Assembly: GCA_038087875.1 (NCBI GenBank)
Contig: CM075987.1
Location: forward strand, 21,638,001-21,702,000
Length of the DNA stretch: 64,000 nucleotides
Reading direction: 5' to 3'
Source: Malacoraja senta
Lineage: Eukaryota
Both the position numbers and the translations under genes were made by a program. The notes beneath the pieces were generated by a model. The model was not told where the DNA came from. It saw only the letters and a program-made list of their open reading frames with translations, and made no database searches. Of this stretch, positions 47,390 through 62,348 are shown in pieces (within the stretch, counting starts at the first letter, position 1; every line of letters begins with the position of its first letter).

Positions 47390-50300
47390 GTGAGGAAATG
47401 TTCAAAATATAATCAAATCATGAAATTGCATTTTAAGATTGTTTAGGTTATTACTGAAGAAACAAAATAAGATTCCGACCACTTTAGCTGTTCATCTTGT
47501 AACTTTTGAAGAGCTTAGACTGATTAACAATCCAGGAGGGCGGAAGTGTTGTTGTTTAGGTATCTCCACACTTTTATCATACTCTGGCCTATGATGTGAA
47601 TGCTCCATCCATGCCATAATAATTTTTATGAATTAATTGGGGAGAGGTGGAGTCGGTCCTGTTAACATGGAAAGGTGTTTTGAATGCACATCGTTGAATG
47701 GGTTCACCAATTTTCATTAAAATGAGTATCCTTCTGGGTGCTTGCACATAGCTTGAGCTCTGACATCCATTCTCAGGGACTGATGAGAGTGTGATTTCTG
47801 CACCATCTTATTTAAAGGCATCAATGATAGCACTTGGCTAAAACATTAGTCTGCTATTCTACAAAGGACATTAACCATTCCAGCACAACCAAATAGCACT
47901 ACTTATTGTAGCATTTAATATCTAGCCCGTTGCTGTGGAGTGTGCTCTACAAGATGTACAGGAATTATTAAATAATAATGATAAATATTTGTTTTCTGTT
48001 ATGTCTTGTGCTAGCTTAGTGCTCCCTTTGCTGGACCCTTTTGTTTGTAGCTTGTATGGTCACACTTTTGGGGATGGCTCTCCTGGTGCTGCCCAGCCTT
48101 CTTTCCCATCTCCCTCACCCCAGTCCCCACACTGATGTGCTTTGGAGATGCCTTTCACTCCAAGGTGCAAGCAACTGCAATGAACATAGATAGTGCTGTC
48201 GTAGTACCACGAGATCCAACAGCATTGTACAATTGACTCTGGCTTGTAATTTCCAAAATAACCAGCCTCTCGTATCGGAGGACACAAAAAGCAAGGTCAC
48301 TTTTCAGAGACTGGAGGTCAATTCTGCAAACACACAGAAGACAAGGGAAGCCCTGAAGGAATTCCACTCTTATTGCCTCTTTAAATGAGGAATTCCATTT
48401 ACTTTTTTTCATCTTCCTGCCTCTTTCACTCTTAACCTGCGGAACTCCGAAACTCTGCTGTCCATATCTCAACTTGCATGATCTTATCCTAATGCTCTGT
48501 GGGTGTGTTAAGCGATAATGCAGTTCTCGCTTTCAATGCTGTCATCTTTGTTTTCAAACCTCAAGCCTCCCGCTTTCTGTATTCTCCACTTTTCCAGCGC
48601 CCTGTCCCTCATCCAACCCCCTGCAAGGAACATGAGTGTCTTCAGTGGTTGTCTCATGAGTGTCTGTGATATTGATAGCTCCAGATATTGGCAGATGTCG
48701 CTGTAGGTGCCAAGGCCCTTGCCTCCTGTAACACATTTCTAAAGATTGCCACTTGGAGTCATACAGCATGGGAGGAGATTCTTTGGCCAACTGGCCCATG
48801 GTAACCAAGATGCCCCATCCAAATTTGACCCAGTTACCCATGCCTGGTATGGTATATCTCTCTAAACCCTATCCATTGTTATCTCTTTCTTCCTCTAAGT
48901 TGCTCTTTGCAAGGATATGTCTGACCAAACTTTTGATCTTCTGGTGTAATAGATGTATTAGTGCAAAGTCTTATTTGGTAACACTTCAATTTGGATATAT
49001 TACTACATGAAGGACACATAGTTATGGTAGCAATCTGGCAGGTGAAAGAAGCTTCAGAACTGGTTAGTGTGAGATTTTTGTTTTCTTATTAGCATTGAGA
49101 CATTTCAGGCAATGGTCACTAATAAATCATATGAAACCATAAGAATGAGGAACACACAACTGCTTGGGATTGTTGATGAAAATATTCCAGATGCCTTTTC
49201 AGGAAAGATAGATAAACACTTATTGGAAAGACATTCTGAAAGGAATTAGAATGGGGGGAGATTTACACACCATTTATTCCTGAGATGCGAGGGTTTTCTT
49301 ATCAAGAGAAAGTAGAATAGACTTCTTTCCCTGTTTTTAGAAAAAGATGAGGTCTCATTGAAATGCTCAAAATTCTTGGCAACATTAACAGAGTGAGAGT
49401 ACTAAGAATATTTTTAATGAAGGGCTAGGATAGGAAGATGATCATCCAGAACTAAAATAAAGAATTTCCACACACAGGTAGGAATCTTTGGAATTCTCCA
49501 ACCAATGTTCAGTCATTTAATATATTCAAGGCTGGGACAACGGACTAATGGAATTGAGAGTTATTGAGATAGAATAGGAAAAGTGGAACAGGCCCAAGGA
49601 GCTGTATGATCTAGAAATATTGGCAGTGATTTGTTTGGCAATAGTACTTCCACAGCAGAAGGTTTCAGGACTGTAACACAATAGTGAAGAACCCATGGGC
49701 AGTATATATCCAGGGTGGGATGGTATTTGATCCGGAGTGGAAATTGGTATTGAAAATGGACTAATTGGATGGAAATGGTGCTGAACATTTTAGTTTTGTA
49801 TACAGGGGTTTCAATAATAAAGTTTAACTAATATATTTAGCTCTAATGGAATTGAAAATGGAGCAAGAAATTAGATGGAGGCAAGAGAAAACATTGGGTT
49901 TATAGTTAATTTGAAGACAAAGTGAATCTCTAAACAACCCTGAGCTGAAATTCTGGACATTTGTATATTGAATTATGTTTAGCCCTGTGCAAAGCAGTGT
50001 GGTAAATTGAAGTACTTTACTTAAAATAATTTTGGTCTTGTGTGGTGGAGTTTGCTCGGATATCATATGTAGATAAAACGTGGTAACATAATTTGATAAA
50101 ATGAAATCCTTCAACTTGTGCAGAATATTGCACTGTCAGCTAGCGGACGGACCATGTGCCTAGAATAGTTTCCTCCTATTATTTTGCTTATTGTCCTCCC
50201 AGTTCACCAGAGATCTGTCTCTGCTGCCATGCAATCTTGCTTTATAATAAAAAATGATCCATGTAATGGCATGGACTTACAGTAGGCGAGGACGTTGCTT

Positions 50301-53300
50301 GTTTCAGTCTTTTGAAAAGTTGAAATGCTTTTAATCAAAAGTCATTTCGTTTCAGAACTGCACCATAGAAAATGGCCAAATTATATTTGCATTTGCATTG
50401 CAATGACTGTGCATCAAGTTCTGCAACAAATTCTCACTTAAAAGGGGAAGCAATATTCATCAATCCAAATCTGGGTATAAGGTCATTTTTCTTCATTTTC
50501 TGTTTCTTCATTTTAAGAATTAAATTGCTTCAAATGCACTATTCTTACTTTGATATTTCGGATCTCTGCTGCCTTAGGATGGCGACTTCTGCTTTGGAAC
50601 TGCAGTAGACTTTGGAGTTGGTTCAGCACGCTAAAAGCAGAATTAGTCACTTAGTGAGCGGCTGTCCTCAGACATATTTAACTTGACCTTCCTAAATTCT
50701 CTAATTCCTTCCTCTAATGATGTTGCAAGGAATTTTTACAAAACCTGAGCTTTTAATTTCTGAACATTTGTAATGTATATACTTCACACTGGAGTGTCTG
50801 TGCTCATCTCAGCTGATCTGAATGTGTCTGTCTATCTCAGTGTTTATGACTGTGTTTATCTGCCTCAGTCCTCCCTGTGTGCGACTGCGTGTGTTCATGC
50901 GGATGTTGGACATAAATATCTGTCTATTGTTTATCTGCATGTCAGTGATTGCCTTCTGTGCTTTATCTGCCATTACCTACATCTGTAAAATTAACTTCTT
51001 ATCCCGCTTTCCGCCCATGCATATTTGCTTTACTTGTGTGTGTCAGTCAGTACCTTTCACCGTCTGGGTGTGTTTGTCTAAACATATGTTTGTATTAATA
51101 CTATATATACTATTTCTAAATGTTTAACTTGTCACCTCAGTTCTCATGTGTCTCATGAGTAAGATGCTTCCTTTTTTCAAACTTGATAAGTGAGTTCCTC
51201 TTATCAGACAGTGGGTTCCTTTCGAAAAGCAGCACGCTGGGAAATGCCTTTGGGTCCCATCTCCAAAGATCGGGTGGGGGATTTCTCTGTCCCAAAGGCC
51301 CAGTATTTGGTGAGTACTAGAAAATCTATAATTTTAACAAAAATTAAGGCCACGGCTGGGCTGATCGCAGTCAGTTTGTAGTTTGATTTGACACAAGCTA
51401 GAAAGTTTTGTCTCTCAGAGTTGTAGTCCAATAATGTCTCCTCCATTTGGGCACAGACATTAATAACAAAACTTTAATAGGCAAATCACTAAACTAAAAT
51501 CAGCATACTATGGATGCTGGGAATCTGAAATAAAAACACAAATAAACTGGAAAGGCAACAGATCACGCAACATCTGAAGAAAAGTCTTACACTTCTATCA
51601 CATTTTTCATGACCTCTGGACTGTGCCAGGTTGTTTTGCCAATCCTCAAAACCCTCTCCATTCTCCTTTCAACTGTATATTTATTTCTGTTCCCCTTAGG
51701 GTTACTAACCCACTGTTAGAAAGTGGGAGTGGGTTGAGCAGTTCTTTTTTCACCATCAACAAGATGGATCATATAGTCTTATGTTTTAAAGTTTCTATGT
51801 TTTCTGTGAAGATAGCCACGGGGCAGTGGATAAGAAGGGATACCTTGCCTAGGCTAGCAGACTATAGTTCATCAGTGTATCTGTGCCCAAGGTCTCTGTA
51901 CTTCAGGAAATAGGATGGGGATTGAACGGGATTACAAAATTGGCATGGGGTGGAGGGGGTGTGCACATAGGCTGGAGGAATTTGAACAGTGAGAATTTCA
52001 TTTTGGAGGTGATGGGATACTAGGAATCATTGTAGATCAGCAAGGATGGTATAGGTGAGTGTAACTTGATGCCAATTCAGATACACTTTCTGGTTGAGCT
52101 TTGTGTGCAGATGAGCCTCATCAGGAGAGTGTTGGAACCATCTGAATCTGGAGTTTGAGAGTTTTGACAGGAATTTGTTGGCTGATGTACTGCAGACATT
52201 TCTGGCTCAATCGGATCAACAATCTGTTGGCATGCAATGTTCGCAGAGTTTCTTGAACTTCCAATGTACTCTCCAAGAGGATCATAGGCTAAGGAGGATC
52301 TCCCTGACTATGGTATAATAAAGCTCTTTCTCTGGAGGCCAAACACGAGGACTGAAGAATACTTGCTTGGAGTTGCCAAACATGTGATTCCTTGCTAGAC
52401 AGTTGAAGTCAGTACTGACTTCCAATTCCTAGCTCGGCAACTCTTCCTGCCCAAAAACCACTGAGGTTGCTGCACTCATCCAATTTCTTTTTTTTTGTGC
52501 ATAACCTTTTTCCTTTCATTGCCAGAGATCTTTCCAAGATTCTTTCCCCCAATCCCCTAAAATCTCTCTCTTCCATTTTTGTCCGTGGTCTTTTAAAGAT
52601 GCAGCCTGCCTTGCTGAGTATTTCCACCACTTGCTTTTTTTTCTGTGAAACTTACTCTAATCAAGCTTTGGCCTCCCATCCTTGTGACTACATTACATTT
52701 TGTTTGATTAAACACTTGTGAAAAGCCATCTTTGGCTATACTTTTAAACTCTGGTACCTTTCATCCAAAATTCGGAGGCTCTGATTTCTTTATTATAGCA
52801 AGTTATGATCTAGAGTACATTGTCTGACAAGTATAGTGAAAGTAGGTTCAGTAATAACTTCCATTAAGTATTAAGTATACATAAAGGAAAAAAAGTCACA
52901 TGGCCATGCGGATGGCACGTGGGAGGGAGGCTAATTGCATCCCATTTAGAGCTCGTACAAACATGTCAAGTTAATTGATGCCCTGTGCTGCAAGACTTTT
53001 ATGAAATTGTTACAAATTGTATGGCTGCTGAGACAAAGTCGAGTTGGCTCGGTCCCAACTCGTAGAATGTAACCATAGCAACTTATTCATATTAACCAGA
53101 GCACCATGTGGGCAATGAAGACCTAGTTTTCATCTGTTCAGAGTTTGGATGTAAATATATCTGAAAGTTCAGCAGGGTGTGAAACCGCGACCCATATATT
53201 CAGTGATTGGAATGCTAGTGTTGAATTCATGTCCGGGTTTTGACTCGGAATAGTTCATGTGATTCTTGGAGACTCCATTTCCAGGGGACAAGAAAAGCAG

Positions 53301-53819
53301 GGTCACCACAGCAATTCATCTCTAAGGATTTGTGAGCTGTCATTAGAAGTAGATTGTGGCTCTTTTGGGAACATTCTTTGCCTCTGAGTTAGATGTGTTT
53401 ATTCTTATCCTACTCCCAAATATTATAATCCAGACTGACACTCGCAGTACAGTTTTGAGGGAATGTTGTATTGTTAGAAAGGCCACACGTGGGACATTAA
53501 AGCAGGTGCATTTCTTACACCTCAAATGACGGTAGAAGTTGCAGGAGCATCAATATGCCTCAAATTTGATAGCCAATATCTATTGCTTAACCTTCACTGA
53601 TTAAAAACAAAACAAATTATACAGTTACCTCATTGTATGGAACTTTGCTTTGCGTAAATTGATTACTGCGTCTTCTATGTTTAAAAATACTGTATTCTTT
53701 TTAAAGCTACAAACATGGCCTATGTAATATTCTGACAGTGGAAGTGTTCAAATGTTTAATTGGTATATATTTTGTCTCCTCTTCCCCCCCCCCCCCCCTC
53801 CCCTCACACTGCTGACCAG

Positions 53820-53885
53820 GATTATCCAATTTCCGATGTTGACCTGATCCTGAAGAAAGCAAAAGAACTACAGGATTCTGCATAG
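53820..53885 (+). CDS. TBC1D13: TBC1D13 exon 12, terminal (DYPISDVDLILKKAKELQDSA*)
   Basis: Polypyrimidine tract plus CAG acceptor; the 12 exons total 1194 nt = 397 aa plus stop. Confidence 0.94.
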   Translation, partial: DYPISDVDLILKKAKELQDSA

Positions 53886-56800
53886 CAACGTTGCAGCTCT
53901 GTTCAATATTCCAAAAACTGCCAGATACGCACATACAGCAAATATTTGGTGTGAAGGTGATCAAACCTACCTCTGTAGTGCCTTCTGAGATAACTTCTCC
54001 ACACTGCTATGCAGTGTGTGGCGAAAGAGGTCTTTTACTCTGTACTTTGCAAATCTTGTGATTTTTCTCATCTCATCCCATTTATGTCACCACCCACCAA
54101 TCCCTCCCCACTCTCCCCACCAATCCCTCCCCACTCTCTTCTCCTCTTGTCTTCCCCCTCCCCAAACCCATGGGTAAAAAATCCTGAGAGATTCTTGATC
54201 TTTCTCTCTCCGCTGTGAATCAATGTGCACTGATGGTGCTAGGTGTGGTCTTTGTTCATTCATAGGCACTCCAAATGAAGGCAATGACCTTTCCTTTAAT
54301 GAAGGAATATGGTTGAAGATTATAAACCATCCCTTATCACAGAACTAAAGGAAGCAAAAGCACAATTCTCTAACATTGAGTCGATGCTAGATGTTTGCTG
54401 TCTTTATTGCTGTGATGGAGAGCTGGTCATGAGAGATTGGTCAGCGGGTGAAAGATCAGTTACTGAGTCAAGCACTTCAAATGGAACTGCCCAACCCACA
54501 CCAGAAACACTTAATCTAATGTTGCTTTAAAATGCAAACTGTAAACTCCTCGCTGTCATGAATTTTGAAACATACAATAAGCTTTACCATGTTTTCGGTA
54601 TTAACAGGAATACGCTCACAAGAAATGAAAGTTTTGTCATGTTTTGAGGGACCAGGAGGTGCTTGACCAAAACTTTTCTAGGCATCAAAGCAATATTTTA
54701 CAGGTCTAAGCCACTGCCTGTGGTAGTTAATATTTCCACCACATCCTACAAGAGAACATTGTGGAAGTTCTTCTTTCACAGTTGTGAACAGCATTTGAAT
54801 GATAGTATAGACTTTCACTGATTGCCTCCCAGAGTAAGATCTGTTAATTGCTGCTGATTTGGACAAAATGCAAAATGTTTTGTTCCTTGACATTTCAGCT
54901 GCTGATAACTCACACTAAGCACTCAGATTTGCTACATATCATATGAACCCGTGGTCATATCACCAGAGTTACATAAGATTTATACTACCCTCGAATTTCC
55001 CATGTTGAAGCTATATAATATTTTTTTTGATATTTTGAGTGTAACTCTTGGCGAGAGCAGTGGAAGGGTTAAACATAAGGAGCTTTGCAAAACATTGTCC
55101 AAAGTGAAATCAGTTCTCTTAAATTTCCACCATTAACCCTTGGTTACTTTTGCTTCAAACACAGTTCACAGTTCAATTTAAATTTGAATAGTTATAGTTA
55201 TACAAAAGATTTCAGCCAAGATCCAAAGCATACAAAAGCAGTTTGTACGTGTTGTAAAAGGAACCCATCTGAAGTTATCAAGTTTAATCTTTTAAATGCA
55301 AATGTCAGGTTTACAGCTAATATTGATTTTCCTAAAGTTGTATTTCTTTAATTTCTTACCTATTTGTTACTTGATACAAAATCACCCTGACATTTCTATT
55401 TAAAAGAAAGCTTCACCTAACAAAAATGACTGTATTGCTGAGATGATACCAGATCTGTTAGACCTTGTAAAACATCATGGGAAAATTCCAGTTTCGATTT
55501 CTGACCTTAACCCCTTTTTAATCCCCTATTAGATTCGCCTGTGATTTCGGATTTACCCTGACCTTATTGAAAATATATCATTGCCCATATAAATCAATAT
55601 TAGCTTATAAATGGGCTGGACTAAACTTGCAGCCTTTAATTCCTATAATTGGTCTTATCTTTCTACCAATCCTGATAGTTCCTGGAGGACAATTACACAC
55701 CATAATGAAGTGTGAAGGCTGCATGAATTAGTGTGTGACGAGTGTATAGATTCGGAAAATATCATCATTCTACTTTTCAATGTTTGCATGAATTTAAAAT
55801 CAACCCGTAGTTCAGTTAGTCTCCAGCGTATGTAATGTGGTTTGTATTTTGATAATTGGTGCAAACAATATGTGACCGTGACAGGACCCACAATTCTTAC
55901 CAGACATCACTACTTCACTGATCAGACACCATAACTCTCGAAGTTCTTGCTGTGGACCTAGGGTTAAGGACCTGGAGTTGCCCCTTCCACCCACCTAATA
56001 GTAAGGGTCATTTAATGCAATGACTGCTGTTACTATGTCAGTTGATCTTGTATTTCGCCTGTACTCTGCTCCCATCTCGGCGTTCTTCACAGTTTAAAAG
56101 AAAAATTTGAATGGAATAGGCAGCACAGAGGAAATTGCAAGACCAACTGAACACTTTCAGTGTTGGGTAAGCAAATGGAGCTGGTAACTTTAAAAACACA
56201 GAAATTGATGGAAGAAACTGAGCATTCAGCTGCCTGCTGTCAAAATATATAACAGTGAACTTTCTGCTGTAAATGCTCAGTGAAGTTTTCACACAGGAGC
56301 TCACTTCCTTTGACATATACATCTGCAGGTTTGTTAGTGTGATGTGATGTTAAGATATGGAGAGTATTCTGATGTTTTGAAGCCCTGCTTTGCCTTGTTC
56401 CTTCTCCCATTCGATCTTTGTCTGACTGCCTTGTTTTATTCTCTACGAAGAGAGGTCTTGTGTTGTTTTTTTTTATGGGAACAAGAGCCCTTGTTTGTCA
56501 AATTGACAGAAGCCCCTCTGGTGCATGCATGATGTCAATGTATCACAGTGTGCAAACTAACTACACCTGACAGTATTCAAACATTTATTTTCAAATGACG
56601 CTGGGAGAATCTCATAGGGGTATGGACTCTATTTAAATCTTGTTCAATTTCCTCCAATTAATCTTAAAATATCCTTCAGATTCACAGCACGTAATAATAA
56701 AATAATTATTTCCAATCCTCCATAAATCCTATGAATTTGAAGAGATAATTTAGTCACTCCCATCTGTTTTTGCCACTCAGTCGAATTGTGGTCAGGTTGT

Positions 56801-59800
56801 AACTTAACTGTCCATCTGCTTTTTGTTTTGTTTTTGCTTTACTATATAAACTTGGTCTTGAAATATCAAGTGTGTTTGATATCCATCACACTTTGTTTCG
56901 TGACATTATGGCTGAGTAGCAATGGCGTCAATTTAATGGTCGTCCCCTTTGTTCTGCACCATACCGAGGGAATTTTGCTATATCATCCTCACGGTTTGTT
57001 CACCTTTCGTTGGGAGAAACCATTGAAAATTTTGAATGAAGGTTGCCGAGGCTGTCATAGTTGGATTACTGGGTCTCAAACTGTCTGAAGGAGGCCGTTT
57101 TGAGACTGCAGTTTTATATAATGGTGGACCAGACTTTCCCTTGCACATCTTCTCATCAAGGGAAAATTCCAATTTAATCTTGATTATTTTTCAAATTTTA
57201 TAAGTACATCAATTAGTAAGCTCATCTTGAATCTCATATTAGCCGAGTCATTGTCAGCTGCAATCTTAACCCCTTTGACATCTCTCTCCCACTGATATTT
57301 CCCCACTTGTGAATGCAGGTGTCCATGTCTACCTTACTTATGTAATCCCGTCTTCTATTGACCGCCTGGCTAATGGTGCATAGGATGCAGTATTGTGTTC
57401 GAAACAGTTTTTCTTGTTTCAAATGCAATAAATAGTAAAAAGCTTTAAAAAAAAAAAATTAAAACAAATCTTTTTCTGGTGAATGGAGTTTAGTTTTACA
57501 AGGTTGTCATATACTCATTATTTCTCTAATCTCTGGCAAAAGTATAATATACTCAACTCGGGTAAAGGAAAGATTACCAGCACTGCAAGATGAATTTGAA
57601 TTAAGTGGGCATACGGAAAAAACTGACAGTGCCCCACAGCTGCAGTAGCGATCCCGGTTTCTATGCATGTTGTGCATGTTGCATTTTCTGCATAACTGTG
57701 TCTTGCATTATTCCTCAAGCACCCGATATGCATGCAAGTGCTTCCTATTGCATTGTATCTGCCACTCCCTGTCTTACCTTTCATGAAACCCAACAAAAAG
57801 TCTGTATCTTGTATACGCTCTGACTGCTTTCTGTTCATTGGTATTCTATTTCTCATATACTGTACTTATTTCCCCTTACAAGCTTGCAGTCTGTAGATGT
57901 TGGTTTATCTCCTTAAATGAGAGAACATAAATTGTCTTTCATGTACAGTCTCAGTGTCTGTTTTTCACTCATTCACACATTTGTGTCACACTCAATGCCG
58001 TCTCTTTGTGTGTTATGGGAGAGGTGGTGGTCAGTGTTGGAACAAAGGTGTTAAAATAAGTGGCAACAGAAAGACTTGTTTCTGCAATTGTGCAGTGTTA
58101 TTTTAGAGTTGCTTGAAGCAAGTTTAATATGGTTAGAATTGTGTTCATTTATAGTTAGATATCAAGTGAACGGTTATCGTTTATTGTGCTGATGCCACAG
58201 CTATCAGGGCATGTCGACACTAACGAGAGACCAAAAACTGTTTCAATGAGTAGTTTCACCTAAATGTAGTAACTATCTATCTGTCAAACTGTGAATATTA
58301 CTTTTATGTTGCTTTACAAGTTACAATAGGTTTGGTTTTCAATGTTGGGATTAATGTACAGGAGCTCTGCAGTTTATCCCATCTGTGAGCAAAGCCCAAT
58401 AGTGCTTATGGGGTGAGTGGAGATATTGGGAATTAGACATCGAGTTGGAAAACCGATTTCAAGCTTTTACTTTGACACTTGCACTTCACTGCTGCTGAGA
58501 GGCTGTGGTGAATGTCATGGATGCTGTGGGGCTGGTGGATGTAGTTTCTAGGTGTGGGAAAGAAGCTTGGGTAAGCTTCCAACTGCTCCCAGGGTTCATC
58601 TGCAGCTGGATTAAGATGCAACTCACCATTAATAGATGGTTGATGGTCCACCTGAGCCCAAGCTTGTGGAACTGTGATCCAACAGCAAGGGTGCTGCATT
58701 TCTGCCTGCTCAGATATGAAATTGCTAAGTCCAACGGAGGGTTAATACGGATCTGTGCTTTCAGAACAGAAAATGGCCTTTGTGTGCATGGTGGTAGAGA
58801 GGGAAGGAAAAAGAGAAGATGGCAGGTAATTTTCCTACAGCAAGCTTGCCATACGCCAGAGAGAACTTAATTTTGAGTTAAGTGATACTAATTGCATTCA
58901 CCGCCCAAGATTTGTCATAATTGAAAATGTTGAACATTCGTGATTGATCTGGGATTGAAGCATGTTAAACAACCACTATAAATGGAATTATTCTCTGAAG
59001 CTAATAATGCTCCACCCACAACTGCTGATTATTTACAATGACAGTCATGGAATCCTATATAGGAGAAAACCATTGATACGTTTGTGTTTCTCTACTTAAA
59101 CATTTGCATGTGCCATCAAAAGCATAAATGCGGGAATAAATGGCATGTGTTTTCATTAAATTATTTGGGAATTGACTAAGGCAGCAATGTAACATACTAA
59201 ATTACAGTGCAGGAAGGAATAAATATCAATTGCCAGTGTATGATATATAGAGACTGGAATATGTTGCATTGTAAGAGCCAGTAAATTATTTTTGCGTCAT
59301 TAATAATGTAAACTTTTATTTCATGCAGAAAATAGTCATTTGTTGAGTGGCAAGTTTATAATTTGCTGCATTTTGCACAGGTAAAAAAAAATCAAATCAA
59401 TCAATTCAGCGTATCAGAAATGCAACAAAGAAAGGAAGTTTATTTACTACAACAGCACAAATGTTATTTTACTGAGGAATTATAAGACAATGGTATATAA
59501 AGGGATTATGTTTTTTTCTGTTGATTACGACCTTGGATTTGTATCTTCCCACATCCTCCTCCATCCCTGTGTGTCACCTGACCAATGGTCACTGTAAACT
59601 TAAACAGGGTTCATTATCTAAATGCCTCCAATTCTTAAAATAAATAAGTCTACAAGCCATTAGTGTCTAGCACCTAATGAAGGTTTTGGAGGAAGGGGCA
59701 TTTCATTTGAGCTTCTTCCACGTAAGCTCTTAATTGTGTTTTTGGTTTCAATGAAGGTTTACTTAGTGTGATATTCCAATGACTGTTAGTAATGTTTTCC

Positions 59801-62336
59801 CAAAACGATGTGCACTTGTATTTAAAAAAATAAATTTTTACAAATTGCGCTTAATGTCTGTCTGAATTTTAGAATTGAAATAAAATTATTAGCATATTTT
59901 GTTCAAAATGCACAATGTATATTGTTGTTTTGAAACAATAATTAAAAAATATATCCATATTATTTTGGTTGTTTGATGTAATCTATGTGCATCATTAGTT
60001 CCAGGTATTTGTCCATCTTCAATTTTCTGCCATTTTTTGGCCAAGCTTTATCTTTCTAGGCATCAAGCTGTTTAATTCTATTCATAAACTTACTGCCCTT
60101 TCCATGTCTGAAGATGCTCCATGAAACCTACGTCATTGCTTCCTTCCATCTTCATGGTGCATTGCATCAGGAAGGCTGGAAGTACTGTCAAGTATACCTA
60201 TCATCCTGGCCATTCCTTTTTTCTCTGTACTTTCTGGAGAAGGTACAGGAACTTGAAAATTTAGATATCCAGACTTAAAGTTTAAGTCACCTGCCCTAAA
60301 GGTTTCCTTCTGCGGCTGTGTCAAATTTAGTTGGCTGATGCCTGGCACCTTAGGGCATTTAACTATATTACGGATGCTGTATAAATATAGATTTATATGC
60401 ACGCCCTAATGGAAATGCAGCCTGACCAGGCAGTATCACCGTATTGCTTGTTTTTGTTTAAGAACAACAGAAACAGTTGAACATGAACACTTCCTTCTAT
60501 TCAGTCCATTTATAAACTCATCTAATCAAACTGATATATTTGTGCTCCAAGTATTGTTCCCCAATTTTCCTACCAAAGTGCCCTACATCACATTTACACA
60601 GTTTATATAGCAACTGTCACCACCTTGCTCAATTGCTTAATCTGTGTCTATATCCTGATGGTTCACTTTCTAACCATAGTCTGCATCAAAGCCAAGTTGG
60701 ATAAACTGCTGACGGCCAAGAACTGGTCCCTCTAAAAATATTTTGAAAGGAACTTGATTCTGATTCCCACATTCTCGTGAAACTTAGAGGGGGCCTTCTT
60801 TCCCGCGCTCCTTTTAAATTGACCAGTTCCACTGTCACATCTAAAACAAAATTAAGTGTGTAAATTAATAATTGAAAGTCGTCTGGCCTAGCGTCACCGA
60901 AATGCCGGATTTCGGATTAACTGAGTTTAATGTGATGTTTAAAACATTAGCAATTTTACATTCTCTACAAAAAAAAACCGAGGTGTTGTTTCTATGGACG
61001 CGCGTTTGACGCTGCTTTGCCGTCGTTTCATCAGCGGAGAATTTAAGTCGTCACGATCAAGGCAACTGAGTAAACCAGCCAGACAGTTTTGATTGTTAAT
61101 ACTGGAGAATCAAAATTCTAACATATTACCAGACAGTTGTTGCAGAGCCCGCTGATCCTTTAACGTCAGGTAACCGTATTAACAAAAGTCGCGCAATCGA
61201 TTTCACGTAAGAAGACTGGTGTTTATCCAGGTGTAGGAGCGGATCCTCGGGTCATCCCATTCCCCATCACCGGCAACCACGAGTTAAGAGCGTAACCCAA
61301 ATGTTTCATTGGCAAGACCAGGGTGATGAAAATGTGCAGCATTTTCCCCTCAAAGTGGTTCACAAGAATAATTGATGTTTAAGAAGGAACTGCAGATGCT
61401 GGAAAATTTTGTCTACAAGAATAATTGATGTGGTTTTCTGATGCAGATTTTCGATTCGAAATGTCGATAATTCGTTCCAACGCTGATGATGCCCAACCTG
61501 CAGAGTGCCTCCAGTAGTAAAATGGTCGGAGAGAGAACTTCTTCAGAGAATGCTTCTAGTGGATGCTTGAAGAAGGGTCCCGACTCGAAACGTCACATAT
61601 CCACGTTCTCCAGAGATGCTGCCTGACAGCTGTTACTCCAACACATGGCGTCCTTTAATGTAAACCAACATCTGCAGTTCCTTGTTTCTACTTTTCGTAG
61701 ATCGTTGCGCAAGAATAATTGTTGACATTACCATCAATGCCCAGAAACCGAAAAATAAATAAATATCAACGTCATTTAAGTTGTAATTAATGATTTAATT
61801 TATGATCAAAAAACAGCACTGACAAGTCATCTTCATAAAGATAGACACAAAAAGCTGGAGTAACTCAGCGGGTAGGCAGCATCTCTGGAGAGAAGGAATG
61901 GGTGACGTTTCGGATCGAGACCCTTCTTCAAGCGTCCTGGAAGCAGACACAAAATGCTGGAGTAACTCAGCGGATCAGGCAACATCTCTGGAGGGAAGGA
62001 AAAGGGTGACGTTTCGGGTCGATTCCTTCTCTCCAGAGATGGTGCCTGACCCGCTGAGTTGCTCCAGCATTTTGTGTCTACCTTCGATTTAAACCAGCAT
62101 CTGCAGTTCTTTCCTACACATCCACTGGAAGCATTATCTTTGAATAAGTTCTCTCTCCGACTATTTTACTACTGGAGGCACTCAGCGGGAAAACGTCGTC
62201 CATTCCTTCTCTCCAGAGATACTGCCTGCCCCGCTGAGTTACTCCAGCTTTTTGTGACTATCTTCCTTGCTTTGATATGGGTTTGATTTGGACACATTGG
62301 GGCGTCACTTGCGTCGGTTACACTTGTATCGGGCGG

Positions 62337-62348
62337 CGCGCATGCGCC
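62337..62348. promoter_or_regulatory. NRF1-type palindrome in the ENDOG promoter
   Basis: GCGCATGCGC (62338-62347) about 55 nt upstream of the ENDOG ATG, next to a GGGCGG box. Confidence 0.65.

Noticed and set aside
50578-50634. Possible alternative terminal exon of TBC1D13 (DGDFCFGTAVDFGVGSAR*)
   Set aside because: Only a weak AG context supports it; no homology or poly(A) evidence.
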